Assembly (NCBI RefSeq): GCF_001194135.2
Contig: NC_068984.1
Coordinates: 87,856,501-87,920,500, forward strand
From: Octopus bimaculoides
Lineage: Eukaryota
Direction of reading: 5' to 3'
DNA: 64,000 nt
In this document: in pieces, positions 27,150 to 40,149 of the stretch
How the letters are laid out: the number at the start of each line of letters is the position of its first letter
Position numbering within the stretch: position 1 is the stretch's first letter
Position numbers and translations under genes: made by a program
The notes under the pieces: model-generated
Seen by the model: only the letters and a program-made list of their open reading frames with translations
Told to the model about the DNA's origin: nothing
Database searches by the model: none

Positions 27150-27880
27150 TCAGTGCGTAGAATCCTTTCTACTTACATAGAGGGGACATTGACACTATGG
27201 AAATGCCGATGCATACTATCAATGGTAAATCACGAGAAACGAAAAGCTGTTAACGACATCAAAAAATATATTTGCTTTTTGTTGTTTATGGAAGTGGCTT
27301 ACAAACAAAAGACAGTTCCATGATTTCTGTATTACAGACAACCCTATTAAGTACTCATCTCTTTAACTGATATAAAGTCGAATGTTTGAAAGGAAGCTAT
27401 CACTTCTGGTACATCTTGGGTCATATCTTTCCTATATCGACTAATGGTGTTATCTGACACAAGGTCGATAAATATTTTACCATCTTCCCGCCAAACATAT
27501 ACAATTTTACAAATACTGGAAAACTGCTGATTTGGCAAATGTGTGATTTTTTTAGACTTTTACCTCAATTTATACAACAGTGCTGCTTGGAGCTTTGTCT
27601 TGATAAAATATATAACTCGGTGTGTTTAATTAATCATGAGTCAGCTAAAAGTTTTAGTAGAATACTTATATAAGGAGGTTTGAATGAAGTTATCTTTGCT
27701 GCTCACTTGAAACCATCATCTGGCTTGCCAATTTCACAACAAACTAGACACATAGGATGCTACTGCGCTTCTTTTGATGAAATAAATCCGGAAGGAAAAC
27801 AGTTTTTATTATACTTGTGCACTACGCTTTTGGAATCCTCACAACAGCACTGCATATCACGACAATATTAGTACCATCCA
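27150..27880 (-). pseudogene. LRR-like (TLR ectodomain-like) remnant
   Basis: KITHLPNQQFSSICKIVYVW...IFIDLVSDNTISRYRKDMTQDVPEV (ORF 27347..27538 extended upstream) resembles two consecutive LxxLxLxxNxIxxLxxxxF repeats. Confidence 0.35.
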
Positions 27881-28072
27881 CACTTAATATATTATCATAA
27901 TCGAAATTGATTTTCATAACCAAAAGTCTGTCCTTATCTAATGAGTTCAGTGAAAAAAAATGGAAGTAAATTCACAAGTAGCAAAACCAAAATAAATGCT
28001 CGGCAGTTATTGTGGTCGTTGATGCTAGAGATGAAAAATACTATACAATAAAAAAAGAAATAAGTACTACAA

Positions 28073-28074
<2 letters not shown>

Positions 28075-28121
<47 letters not shown>

Positions 28122-28255
28122 TTATATATTATATATGCATGTGTGTGTGTATATATACATATACATATATATATGTATGTGTATATACACACACACACAC
28201 ACACATACATATATAATATATAAGTATATATGTGTATATTTGTGTATATGTGTAA
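28075..28255. repeat. (CA)n/(TA)n/(TG)n compound microsatellite
   Basis: Direct. Confidence 0.95.
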
Positions 28256-28279
28256 ATTTCTGAATTGAGATTGATGTTC

Positions 28280-28712
28280 TAGCACTGGAAAACTTCAGTA
28301 TATAAAATGCGGGGGATTTTTCCTTCTTTCTTTCTTTCTTTCTTTTTTTTTATGTAACCACTATAGCTGCATCGCCTTTAGAGAGTCGTAGAGCTCCATG
28401 CAACTGTCCATGCACAAATAGATCAGTTAAGAAGAACAGACTTATCTTATTCAAAGACTGACATTGAGATTTATTGACTACCATTGCGAAATCCACTGCA
28501 AGCTCACGTAAGAGTGAATGTTAGAGCGGTGTCAGAAGGTCTCAGTTTAATTCTTGGCACAATGACATATTTTCTATAATGTTCACCTTCTGTAAAAATG
28601 TCGCCTTCAATCATGCGTTCATACAAATGGGTTATTGGAATTCTTGTTCCGCTGCAAAGCCCATTAGCCTTATTTCAATTTCGCAACAGCATTATAACAT
28701 ATCCTTTTTCGA
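28280..28712 (-). mobile_element. Helitron RepHel PIF1-like helicase C-terminal fragment (pseudogenised)
   Basis: KGYVIMLLRN*NKANGLCSGTRI...VIVPRIKLRPSD; frameshift; FAMVVNKSQCQSL...FVHGQLHGALRLS; ILYTEVF. Matches the MLLRN/GLCNGTRL, AMTINKSQGQSL and HGQLYVALSR motifs. Confidence 0.85.
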
Positions 28713-29069
28713 TTGCTTTCGTTCGTATTGGGTCTTGCTTCGTCTTTTTCATTTTACTTTCTTCTGTCTGTCACCGTTTTTTACCGTTAGTATCTTTTTT
28801 CGATCATATCTCTTTCTGCGAACAGGCTCTACGGTGTTTAATAATGGTTTAATATATCAGTCCTAAATATCCTGGGGATTTTCTGATATAACAAAAACCC
28901 GCGGCACATCTATGATCCATAAGAGTACCATGGTTGTGAGGTTGAAGATATTTGTTTTACAGAGTTCGAGTATATCCTGAGACATGATCGAGTTACCAAC
29001 TATGTCCACTAAGCAATAGATATATCGACAGTTAGAAGAAAAAATTGATAAAAAATTTCTAAACTATTT

Positions 29070-29620
29070 ATCTCCAACACGATACATGGCAACAACCCAT
29101 TCACTGTCATCTCATATATTTCTGTCCGTACTAACAAGAGATCAAGGAGGCAAACATTCTAGATGTAATTATCATGAACTCAAATAACATTTTTGTACTC
29201 CAGTAGACATTTCAATCTTTTCTGACCAAGTTGCTTGATTGAGAAAATACAAGAACTGCAAGCCAAAAAGGACAAAAAATGGAAAAAAAGACAACAGATG
29301 ACCTTCTCGGAAGAAAAAGTTTAATCTAGGGGAAAAAGCATGCTAAACGGGCGAAAAGTGGTCCAATCCTTTCCACCAGAATAAACCAAGACTGAGAAAC
29401 TCACCTACCCTGGGAAGTGACGAACTTCACAGTAATGAGTACATGGAATTCCTTCTCAAAGAACTGCGGAGGAAAGGAGAATTAAGAAGATTCTGCTTTG
29501 TGAGAAAATGAGGACAGCAGAGACTACTGCAGAGATAGACTCCTGATAAAAGCATTTCAACTGCCTATTGCCAAATATTATACCTGATATTTCAGTAGAA
29601 CGTGAACTCTTTCGTATTCA
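29070..29620 (+). mobile_element. Possible decayed CR1/L2-type LINE linker fragment
   Basis: PTR..., KHAKRAKSGPIL resemble the EN-to-RT linker. Weak. Confidence 0.28.
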
Positions 29621-29979
29621 CTCTGACACTTGAACTGCTCATAGGACCGTTAGGAAGAGAACATTTTGAATAGAAAGGGAACAGGTGGGTTCTCATTTAT
29701 GTATAGGTAGAATTCCCTAACAACATGATTTTTTTTTTGGTTTTCTTTAATATTATACATTGTTTTAATTCCTTCAAGTTTTGTATAATTTTAATTTTAT
29801 TCTGGGTTTTTATCAAATATTTAATTAATTCATTGTGTAATACGTTTATACACCCACCCTTCCGTTTACATATAACTTTGTTTCAACCACCCACATATGT
29901 TTTTGTAACCACTAAGTTTCAATGTTTATTTTAACGTATGGATGAGTTCATATGGCTAATAAGGAATCATCATTGTTAC

Positions 29980-30242
<263 letters not shown>

Positions 30243-30456
30243 AAGGCGGCGAGCTGGCAGAATCGTTAGCACGCCTGGCGAAATGCTTAATAGTATTTCG
30301 TCTGCCGCTACGTTCTGAGTTCAAATTCCGCCAAGGTCGACTTTGCATCTCATCCTTTCGGGGTTGATAAATTAAGTACCAGTTGCGTACTGGAGTCGAT
30401 CTAATCGATCAGCCCCTTCCTAAAATTTCACGTCTTGTATCTATAATAGAAAGGAT
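30243..30456 (+). mobile_element. Family 1 tRNA-SINE, full length
   Basis: ggcggcgagctggcagaatcgttagc (A-box), gagttcaaattcc (B-box), central gtcgactttgc..tcatcctttcgggg..gataaattaagtaccag domain, (ATT)n tail. Confidence 0.93.
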
Positions 30457-30470
30457 TATTATTATTATTA

Positions 30471-30508
<38 letters not shown>

Positions 30509-30509
<1 letters not shown>

Positions 30510-30610
30510 GATAAAATAAGTACCAGTTGAACGCTAGTGTCGATGTAATCGACTCATCCCCTCCCCCAAAATTGCTGCCCTTGTGGAAAAATTTGGAGCC
30601 GTCATTATTT
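30509..30610 (+). mobile_element. Family 1 SINE 3' fragment
   Basis: cgataaaataagtaccagttgaac...gtcgatgtaatcgactc. Confidence 0.8.
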
Positions 30611-30667
30611 ATGGTCAGGAGGTTCTTAAAAATAACTTTAAAATCTCTACAAATGATAGCTTTCGAA

Positions 30668-30895
30668 ATGGTGAGCTGGTAGAATTGTTGGAGCGTCGGA
30701 CAAAATACTGTGTGGCATTACTTCCGGTTCCTTGCGTTTTGACGTCAACACCCACTGAAGTTAGGTTAACTTTACGTTTCATTCCCCCGAGATCGATAAA
30801 ATAAGTACTAGTTGAGCAATGGGGTCGATGTAATCGACTTGCCTCCTCCCCGCAAAACTGCTGGTTTTGTGCCAAAATTAGGAAGAATTATTATT
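30668..30895 (+). mobile_element. Family 1 SINE, older full-length copy
   Basis: ggtgagctggtagaa head; gataaaataagtactagttgagcaatggggtcgatgtaatcgac. Confidence 0.8.
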
Positions 30896-30949
30896 CAGTA
30901 GCTCTATTTTTATTGCATGTTTTCACTACATTACCAAGAGTAGCTCTCT

Positions 30950-33060
30950 GGTGCGTAAGTTCACTGAGTTTTGCACTGGTTTTAAATTTTCTAATGTATT
31001 AACAGTAATCTACATAATATATACCCATTAGTTAGAAGTGCTACTTTCTACAGGTTGTGGCGTTATGGCTATGTATTTGTCTGTATGCTTTTCGTAATAT
31101 TAAAGGAACTGCGTCTGTTTTCACTTTCTCAATTTCCATATATTTGGAAAATATCTCCCCCTTTCTTTTTTCCTGAGACATACATTATCTCATCTACTAA
31201 CAGAAATGTTGATCAAGAGTGACTTTCTTAACTAGTGTCCTTGAAAACAATATCTGGCTGATTTGTCTTGAACGCGTTGTTTATATAGATTATCATATTT
31301 GAGGGAATGTTCGTTCTGTCATTCTTTGCGGTATTTTCTGATGTATCATTATATATAATTTCTTATTCTTTTATTATAAGTTTTTCATAATTCTCGTTTA
31401 AATGTATGAAAGCTCCCCCAACTCTGTCGTGCCTGTACATGTATTTGTGCATGGTATGATTGGCCTTCCAGAAATGTGACTAATTTATTCTTCTCAACTT
31501 CTCTATTCCGTAAACTTAATGTATTCTATTTATTATATGCTTTTAGTGGGGGTTTTTCCATAAGACGACAGCTTTGATCTGCTGCCCAAGAATTCTTCAG
31601 TTGCAAATTTTGAGCCCTGCACTTTGCAACATTTTTCCCTATCTATTTCCAGCCTCTAGTCTTTTTAGGTAGTAGCCATATCACGAAATTTCTTACTTTC
31701 TCTTTACTATGACATTCTGTATCCAATTTTTCTTCAGCTTTTTGGCCTTTTCACAATTTCTCCTTTCTTCTCAGCTGGCAGTCATTTTAGCTTGTATGTT
31801 TTTATTCTTCAGTATTTTTTTCTTTCTTGAAAACAGAAAAGCCATTTTTGTTTTGGTCGTGTTTTGAAGCTGTTTGTCTTAGTTTTTCATTATTCTCTGG
31901 TAGATACTTTTTGTAGTCTAAAAGGATGCATTTTATATTTTTCTGGTTGCTTCAAGATATATCTATATATTCGTGCTAAATATAATCCTTCTCTATCAGA
32001 TTTGAAATGTATTTTAAAGGCAGTAATTTTCTTTTATTCTGTCTAGCCCTGCTAACTAATTTAGCATCCAGTTATTACATTTTGTTAGAGAAATTCACCC
32101 ACATACAAGTAAGAACACACCAGCGAGGTCAAGAAGAGTACTCTACATATCCTCCTCGCATTTCAATCAGTATTTTCTGTCTCGGGTGGGGTGAGGATGT
32201 GAGCAGTTCGGGTGTCGCAGTGAATAGGAAGGGGGTCAATATCCTACTAAAATATCAGCTACATTTGCCAATAGGCAGTTGATAAGAATTTTACCAGCAG
32301 TCTGTCTCTTCAGTGTGCTCTGTGCTTTGCTCTCACTTCACAAAGCAGCAGCACTTTCTACGTTTAGAAGGAAGTTCATCAAATGTTTCTTGATGACTTT
32401 CCGGGAGCAGGCGAGCTTCTCAGAACTGGTTACTTCTTGTGGAGGGAGAAGCTACAGTACTGTGACTATTACATTATTGTCTCTATAACATGTCTTTTGT
32501 GTGTTATATTCTGCCTCGTTTTTGTGAGTGTGTTTGATCTAATTACCCTATCTCTGCTTTTTTAATCTAGCTTGATATTAGTGCTCTGAACTCTTTTGTA
32601 TTGAAGAGTTTCAGGTAAATCCCTGTACAATCTGCAGCTGTGTTTCTAGATGTTTATTGCTTGCAATGTACAACTTGAAGCTAACCATAATTAAAAGGAA
32701 GTTGAATACCCATAAATATCATTTCTTTCCGATGACTGTCTTGTTTAACATGTGCGGTAGAAGTGGTAGCACAAGGAAGAAAAAGAATGAAAAGCATGGA
32801 TTCCCTTGGAATATTCTTCTTGTCTCTAAGTACAAAAACGATTGATGACTACTCACGATGTGCTTAAACTATCTATTTATTGTTGGTTCTGTCTTACTTA
32901 TAACTAATGCTCCCATAATGTACATATAGAGAGCGTCTCTAAAACCTCCAGGAAACCATTTCATGCAATACTTAGAGCACACTTTTTATTCTCTCTTTCT
33001 ACGATGCATGGCTATTGATTTGTTGATCAGTAATTGATTTTTACAGCCATGTGAGCCATT
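30950..33060 (-). mobile_element. Decayed R4-type RLE retrotransposon, minus strand
   Basis: AADQS (~31590), YRHDRVG (~31430), TNQPDIVFKD (~31250), SKYMEIEK (~31140), in the expected order. Confidence 0.6.
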
Positions 33061-33112
33061 GTAACATCCCTTTTCCTTCTACTTCGACTCATTTTCCTTC
33101 TCCTTCTTCTGC

Positions 33113-33245
<133 letters not shown>

Positions 33246-33539
33246 AATTTCATGGAAGAAAGCACTTAAGGTAAGGACAAATAAGACTAAAAAGAAAAGA
33301 TAAAATTGAAGTATATTTCCAAAATATACTTCAATAGAACAGAAAAAAAAACTACTGAATGGCCAATATTCTATAAAACTCGATAGGGAGGAAATAAATC
33401 AGAAGAAGAGTTAACAATGACTCAAAAGTTCAAGACTGTAAATGTAGGAATGTAAAGTCTGATGTCAGCTGAACAGGATCAATGACTATTTACAAATAAG
33501 TACAAATAACTAAAAGAAGAAAACAATACTAAGAAAAAA

Positions 33540-33830
33540 TAGGCTACCATCACATGTTGACTATGCAGTCTGTATACTCTGTATAGTCTGTATAGTCAGT
33601 ACAATGGCACAATTGACAGTTCTTGCTGAATCCTAGTATATTCATTGCTACTTCGAGTCAGTAACTAGCTGTGTCTAGTGGGTAAATATATCAATACCTC
33701 GATATAAAAACGATGTAAAGATAAACCGTCCAGATAAAATTACCAAGGACATAACGGAGAATTTCAGAACTCATAGAGACATTTTGTTACTTTCCAACCA
33801 AAATAACGCTCAGAAGTCGAGGTCCTGTCA
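33540..33830 (+). mobile_element. Possible R4-type RLE remnant
   Basis: INRPDKITKD resembles NRPDIIIKD. Confidence 0.3.
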
Positions 33831-33984
33831 AAGCCAAATGATCTTCAACTGGAAAGAAATGGATTGTCGATTATAAAAGTAGAGACAGTATAAATAATAA
33901 TTGGTATTGTATAAAAGAACTGGTATTTTATGAAAGAACACAAGTAAAACAAATTGTACCTGGGATTTCAGCTGTACAAGTTGC

Positions 33985-34178
33985 ACTAGAGATAATTCTA
34001 CGCTGTTGCTTGATTTGTATGAAATAGCAGTCAAATCTCGCTCGAATAGCACTGTACCGACTTTGAGAACTCACTGGATAATGTAAATGTTGTGTACACT
34101 TTACGTAAACGATGGAATGGTCATGACTGGAATATCTTTAATCTACTTGATCTGGTTTGACATAAAACTTAACAACAA
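33985..34178 (+). repeat. (CAA)n-tailed repeat family copy
   Basis: gaaatagcagtcaaatctcgctcgaa...gatggaatggtcatgactggaat...aacaacaa. Confidence 0.55.
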
Positions 34179-34299
34179 TACATACCTCATAGCACCAACA
34201 ATTTATATTCTACACAATTGCCACCTATTAATAAATCTATACAAATAGCACGTACACCACATAATCAACACCAGATATTATAACAGTTGAGAGACAGAC

Positions 34300-35200
34300 A
34301 GACAGACAGACAGACAGTTGTCTCAGTTATTAAAGCCACTGGAGTTATATTTTTTATTGCAAACTCTTTGTTACGTTGGAGAAATCTAATCCGAGTGGGA
34401 ATGAATGTCATGCGTGAGAAGTTTTATATGAAATCTTTTGCTAAATCAGACGAGGGACGCTTCGACAAAATTATCGCTAAGATTGATCTTTTCTAAAAAG
34501 TGTATAGAATTTAACTAAACTATAGAAGGGTCTATACTGTTTGTTCAATGAGGGTACTTTTGACTTATATATAATATATGATTACGTATATAACTGATAT
34601 GTGATCATTCATTTACTGAGCTGCTGGAAAATGCGGTCTTACAAAATTTGGTGGTTTCTAGTCAGACGGCTTCCATTCTCTGCCGCAATATGCTTATTAA
34701 AAATATGTATATACAAATTTATCACAAAAATTCTAAGATAGCAACATTGATTCAAACTTGATATATCATTAAAATTAGATTTTCGACATCTGTCACGAGC
34801 AGACTTGTTTTTAATGTTAGAAATATTTATTTCTCGTTGAAAGTTAATGTTCAATAATCAGTAGAGCAAGACTACTTTGACCTATGATATTTCTTTTCTT
34901 TCTTCGTTTCTCTCCTTCTCTCTCTTTTCAATATTTTTCATTCCTCTCTCGCTCTCTTTCTCCCTCTCTTCCTCCCTCACTTTCCTCTGCCCCTCTCTAT
35001 TTTTTTTTCTTTTTAGCTCTGATTATAACCGTTATTCACTGATGTTTGCAATCATAAAATCCAAATAAATCCGTGAGGAGAAAGTAAGATTTCATGTAAT
35101 TGTCCAATTATTAGGCGACAAATCGGAAACTCCTCATAATCTATTTTTCAGCGGATATGAGCAGGGAAATTCGTTAATAAAAAAAATGTTTCGATAATGC
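34300..35200 (-). pseudogene. Decayed TLR-like copy F (partial)
   Basis: DISSLNQCCYLRIFV (LRRCT-like, ORF 34639..34854); ISVIYVIIYYI (TM-like); DNFVEASLV*FSKRFHIKLLTHD and FPLGLDFSNVTKSL (TIR-like). 35039-35142 is paralogous at DNA level to 38467-38612. Confidence 0.42.
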
Positions 35201-35259
35201 TAGAAACAGATAATTCATCATACTTTGTTTCGTTTGTGTTATCTTCAACAGTTTTGTTA

Positions 35260-35587
35260 GAATTTAATCACAGTAAATAATATTTTCTTCTTTATATCCG
35301 AAAATAGGTGGATCGTATCGTAATATAATCACAGACTCAATGAGTATGTTACTGCGAATAAATCGTGACGAGGAAACAGCAAATTATCAAAGGTTTAAGC
35401 CCTATTGTTTTGAAGTTAATTTTAGAAAGAGATCAATGTTAATAGCCCTTGTAAAGGTCATGCACTTAATGTTTAGCTCTAAGTTTAACAAGTGAATATT
35501 TGGATGAGGAATTTTTGCGCTGAGTTTGAAATTTTGTGGAGGAAAGATCGAGAAAAGTATTTCAGAAATGTCTAAAGATGAGGAGAA

Positions 35588-35672
<85 letters not shown>

Positions 35673-36690
35673 CCATTAAGTTTTTGGGTGAGTTGGTACA
35701 TATTCTACAAGTTCAAAAGAGTAGAAACCATTGTGGCAGTTGAAGAAGATATAGAGGGAAAACTGGGGCTTGGGGTTGCGCCGTATTGATTAATGGTTTA
35801 CCTCACAGTTGAATGAATCTTTACTTTAATGCAGTCTAGAATAATTATATATCTCATAGATTAACTATTGAACAATTCAGTGAACACTACACTAATATAG
35901 GATATATTCCAGCCCCACAGAGAGTCAGCAATTCTTCGATGCTGAAGTAATTTCTGCATCTTAAAAAAGAAACTCAACATCTAGGATACCTTCCTGGTTA
36001 TATTATAGACGTTTAGTCGGGCCAATCATCTGCAAAGAGGTTATCGGGCCAAACATCTGTAAAGTTTTCAAAGGGTTTAGATGTGAATTTTTCATAAGTT
36101 GGAAGAAATAGAGCTGCATGTTTACTTGATGTGCAATAGTAACTATATTATGATTCTCTTCACTTTATCTAGGTTGTCCTATTGGCAATATACTTTGTGA
36201 TCTCTATTACAGGCAGTGTGTGAACCTAGGTGTTCGTGTCTAAGTTGCATTTGAGTGACGTTTACATGTGAAAGTTTAAGATGCGAAAATGACACAGTTT
36301 TATATGGTTGTAGATAACAGTTATCACTGTCGTTAGTTCAAAGGAGAAAGAGTGTGTGAAACGAAGGTATAGCCAGAGTTACAGTCGTCAATCTTGTTAA
36401 AATTCAATGAAACAATTTTACTTCCGTACAAGTTACAAAAGAGGGAAGCTAGTAGTATGATGCGAGGAAACTTGTTTAGGAATTTTTTATGAAGTTGCAA
36501 TTGATCTAGTTCAACTGTAATTTTAGTTTTGCTAACAAACTATGGAGAGGGACTCAAAATGTTAAAGGAGAAATAGCTTATCTTCGGAAATCTAGATGCA
36601 TGCCGGACTAGATAGCCTTAGAGAGACAAAGGTTGAAGTAATTGGTGATGATGCGTATCAGCTCAGAAACACTCTGTTAAAGGAGAAAAG
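35260..36690 (-). pseudogene. Decayed TLR-like copy E (partial, with a (GA)n expansion at ~35590-35670)
   Basis: LRR-like LYGSKIVSL, HTLSPL..LTTV..YNHIK, FSHLKLSHVNVT; TIR-like DISEILFSIFPPQNFKL and FAVSSSRFIRSN. Confidence 0.36.
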
Positions 36691-37500
36691 CACGAATAAT
36701 ATCTACACAAGTCGCCTTTTGGGTTATTGAATCGATATTAGTATTGCAGTATTCACTTCTACAATATCACTATTTTTCCTGGTTTTGACATAGCTGTTGT
36801 TTGAAACTATTCACAAGCTTGATGAGAAAATCCTGTTTTCTGATTCTTTAATTTGAAATATCATCCAGACCCACCTTATAATCTGAAAAACTCTGTAACA
36901 TAATTAATAATTTCTGGCATCAGCAATACTTAACCATATGTATTATACCTTCCATTCTTTTTCTCTAACAGTGCTAAAATTTATCCCAACTATTTAACCT
37001 CATTAAACTTCTTCTCGTTTGGAGGACATTTCCTTCTTAAGCCTTAACCTGGCTTCTATTCTTCTGAATCCTAATGTTCTGAAATATTTCTTTCTCTCCA
37101 GCTAATAATTGGTAATAGTTAGAATTAAGTGAGAACCGTACTAGTGTCGTCCAATAACCATTCTCGTAGTTAACAGAAAAGAAGACTATGCACTTCTTTT
37201 ACCCAATTGAATAGCTTAAAGCGTTTGCAATTGGCTGGTTACATACTGTCACAGAGGACTTCACCGTCGCTGATTACTTATTGAGAAAAATTATTCTTTA
37301 AAATATGACATTTTAATATAAGGTCTATGAATTTCATGATTGGATTTTTTTTCTAAATAAAAGTAACTTTGATGGTGATTGTTGAAAATATACGGTAATA
37401 TATTAATATTTTTTGTAAAACTCTTCATTAAAAATATCAAGACATTGAGAATGATTTGTAATGTATTTAGAGAATCACCACTACATTCTACATTATGGTT
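36690..37500 (-). pseudogene. Decayed TLR-like copy D (partial)
   Basis: LRR-like KNINILPYIFNNHHQSYFYL (ORF 37291..37503); LFC*LREWL (LRRCT-like); TIR-like INFSTVREKEWKV*YIWLSIADARNY*LC, DYKVGLDDISN, IKESENRIF. Confidence 0.46.
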
Positions 37501-39900
37501 CATCCCTGCTGAAGCTACGACTTATGTTTCTAGTTATCGGTAACAAACGAGTCTTTGTAATATCGAAAAGCAATTGAAAATATAGGCTTCGCACGACGGT
37601 AGGTTAAAGGAATGTAAAATCAAATAAAGTACAGTCGATTCAATTTCGAAAATGAGAGAAATAGCATTTGAAAGAAGAAATTGTGCAGTTTTTACTGAGC
37701 TCACAATACAATCTAGAATAGGGCTACTGGGATGCACCAAGATGTGTCATGTTTTATTGATCGGTTCGTGGTTACAATGCTTTCGGTAAAGTTAACGTTT
37801 ATCATGATGCATATTTTCGAAAACAAAATTAGCCTCGCACATTCTCCAAGTCAAAATATTCCAAATTACTGTTAGAATATTCCACAAAACCTTTTCTTTG
37901 TTGTATTTTCTATCTGTTTATCTTAATTACCACGCCAGTTACGCGAATGATACAAAACTCTCGTTATTTTTCCCCATTCAGATATCAATCAAAATTCGCA
38001 CGAAGAGTGGAACTTGTCCAGTACTGCATATTTCTTGCAACTAATACATCTGACACAATACTGCCGGTAGCTATAAAGATAACAAAAATGACATTCAGAA
38101 ATTGTAAATCATTATTCTAGAGTAAATATTGCTCGCAACAGTGATCAACCAACACCTGTGTCCTTATTCCTTATTTTCCTGTTCGAAGAGTTAAAGGTAT
38201 CTTTATTAGCAAATTAGCAGCTATAAAGTAACCTAACCAGTGTATGCTTCTATCTCTTTACAGGATTAAAAAGAACATATAATACAATTGCTTGGTCCTC
38301 GAGGGCAAACTTTTCCAAAAATATATCCTGAATTTGAGAGATATAGCTAATCAAGCTCTTTGATTGGAATCCCTCAAAAGATTTGGATAACTTTCCTCTA
38401 AAAATCTATAATTATTTAACAGCCAAACAAGAAATATCTGGATCATAATGAGCTTTGAAAATGACGCTGCGGTTTGTAATCATAAAAATTTAATAAATCC
38501 GTAAGGTGATCTCTACAATTTGAAAGCAATATTCCAATAACTGAAGCTCATTGAAGTCTTTCAAATCAGTGTAAGGGTATTCAGTAAAAAGGCCGGAAAC
38601 TCCTTATGATCATTGAATTTTGAAAACACCAGTACAATTATCTTCAAAAACTATCTTACAAAGTTAAACATTAAAGACGAAAGTTTAATAGTATTGTAGA
38701 AGCATTAGCTAAGAAGAGAAAATTGTGCATTTGTATCAGTACAAATATTAAATTCTGGTTTGACACTGCATTAGCTACTTGTGCTTTTAATCCTATTTTT
38801 ATTAGTCTAAGAAACGGTACTATCTTTTCAGATTCCTGTGGATTGAGAAACTTGAATGACTAAAAATCTTCACCTGTTTAAACTATTCGCTTGTTTTGTG
38901 TTTTTTTCAATGTTTCTTATGAATTTTACTCACTTTAATTAGATGCGTTGCATTTTTATTCGTTTTATACAGTTAGATCCTGTGAAAAAGTAAAAATAAA
39001 CATACTAAATCATCAAAAATATTACTTTAAATGGCTTGGATTTGAAGGTTTTCGAAGTGGACTGTGAGAACAAATATAGCGCGTTCAACACTCCTTGTAA
39101 AGAAGGTTTTAGATAGTTGTCAGCATAGTTAACAGCAGAAACAGAGCGTTTGGATACAAATATATATTCAGTTGAATGGTTTACTTTAAAGGGAGTTAAA
39201 ATGCTTTTGTTGCTAAGTTAAAGAACAAACAAACAAAACACGAAACATTTTAGTTAAATATTTGCACTTTAGAACAGCCTACCCGTCATAATTTAAGCAT
39301 GAAAGGGGCTAAAATTAACGAAATTATAAAATGGTAAATATATGTTAGCTGTCTAATGTAAAATATGTCATAGCGTTTAACATTTCCTTTATGATCAATT
39401 AAACCTTATCTAATGTTTCATTAATATCTGTTACATATTATTACTGGATCTTTACCAAAAGACCTTCAATTACTGCTTTGATTCAATATCAAAACCAAAA
39501 TGTTATCATCAGAGTTATTTTCTGTTTAAAATGGAAACAGCAAGCTTTTACAAAAATGATTAAGTGTAAAAAATTTAGTAACAATATAAAACAAGGTGAT
39601 AGTATCTCGAAAATAAACAGTTTTGTAATTACATTCTGTAGTTGTATAAGTAGTTATTTTTAAAAATAACTTATTTTACAATGCAAGTTATAATGCAAAA
39701 TAATAAATTGAAATTTAATGTTATGGAAATTATCACATTTTGGAAATTCATCTATCTGTCTTTTTTTTAAGCATTGAAGAATTTACCAATGAAGAAGGTG
39801 ACTATTTATATCAGTCCAGGAATATTCTGATTCACTTCCAGTGAAGTGTTTAAGGCACTAATTTTATGATCACTCGATTTCCAGGTGAGTGATAAAATTA
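37500..39900 (-). pseudogene. Decayed TLR-like copy C (near full length, ~2.4 kb)
   Basis: LRR-like AVNYADNYLK, SSFSIHRNLK, DLKDFNELQLL; TM-like FLNVIFVIFIATGSIVSDVLVARNMQYW; TIR-like FVFENM...KHCNHE...PSSPILDCIVSSVKTAQFLLS...FEIESTVLYLIL...YR*LE (ORF 37534..37740). Confidence 0.55.
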
Positions 39901-40149
39901 AAGACCAGATATTTTTCAATTATTGGCAGAGGTTTCATAAAACACAATCAACCACAATGGATTTTATATAATTAAGTCATAAATATTTTATATATAAATG
40001 TATCAGGCAGAAAAAATAGAATTTAGTAGTTTAGTATATCTAAACTCAGCATATTATTTACAAAATATACTATTACGTTAAACAGTGCAGAAAATTTGCA
40101 ACTCAAATTTATATTTACAGCTTAAACTATTACACTACAATAGCAAGGT

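Noticed and set aside
34650-34700. HIAAENG as an ankyrin-repeat exon
   Set aside because: The rest of the ankyrin consensus is missing; it lies inside the TLR-like copy F context
38934-38979. 46-nt minus-strand segment with strong splice sites (tttttcacag / gtgagt)
   Set aside because: Stops in all three frames and no partner exons; could be a non-coding exon but unsupported without RNA-seq
39772-39884. 113-nt plus-strand segment with strong acceptor and donor
   Set aside because: Stops in all frames; such signals arise by chance in AT-rich DNA
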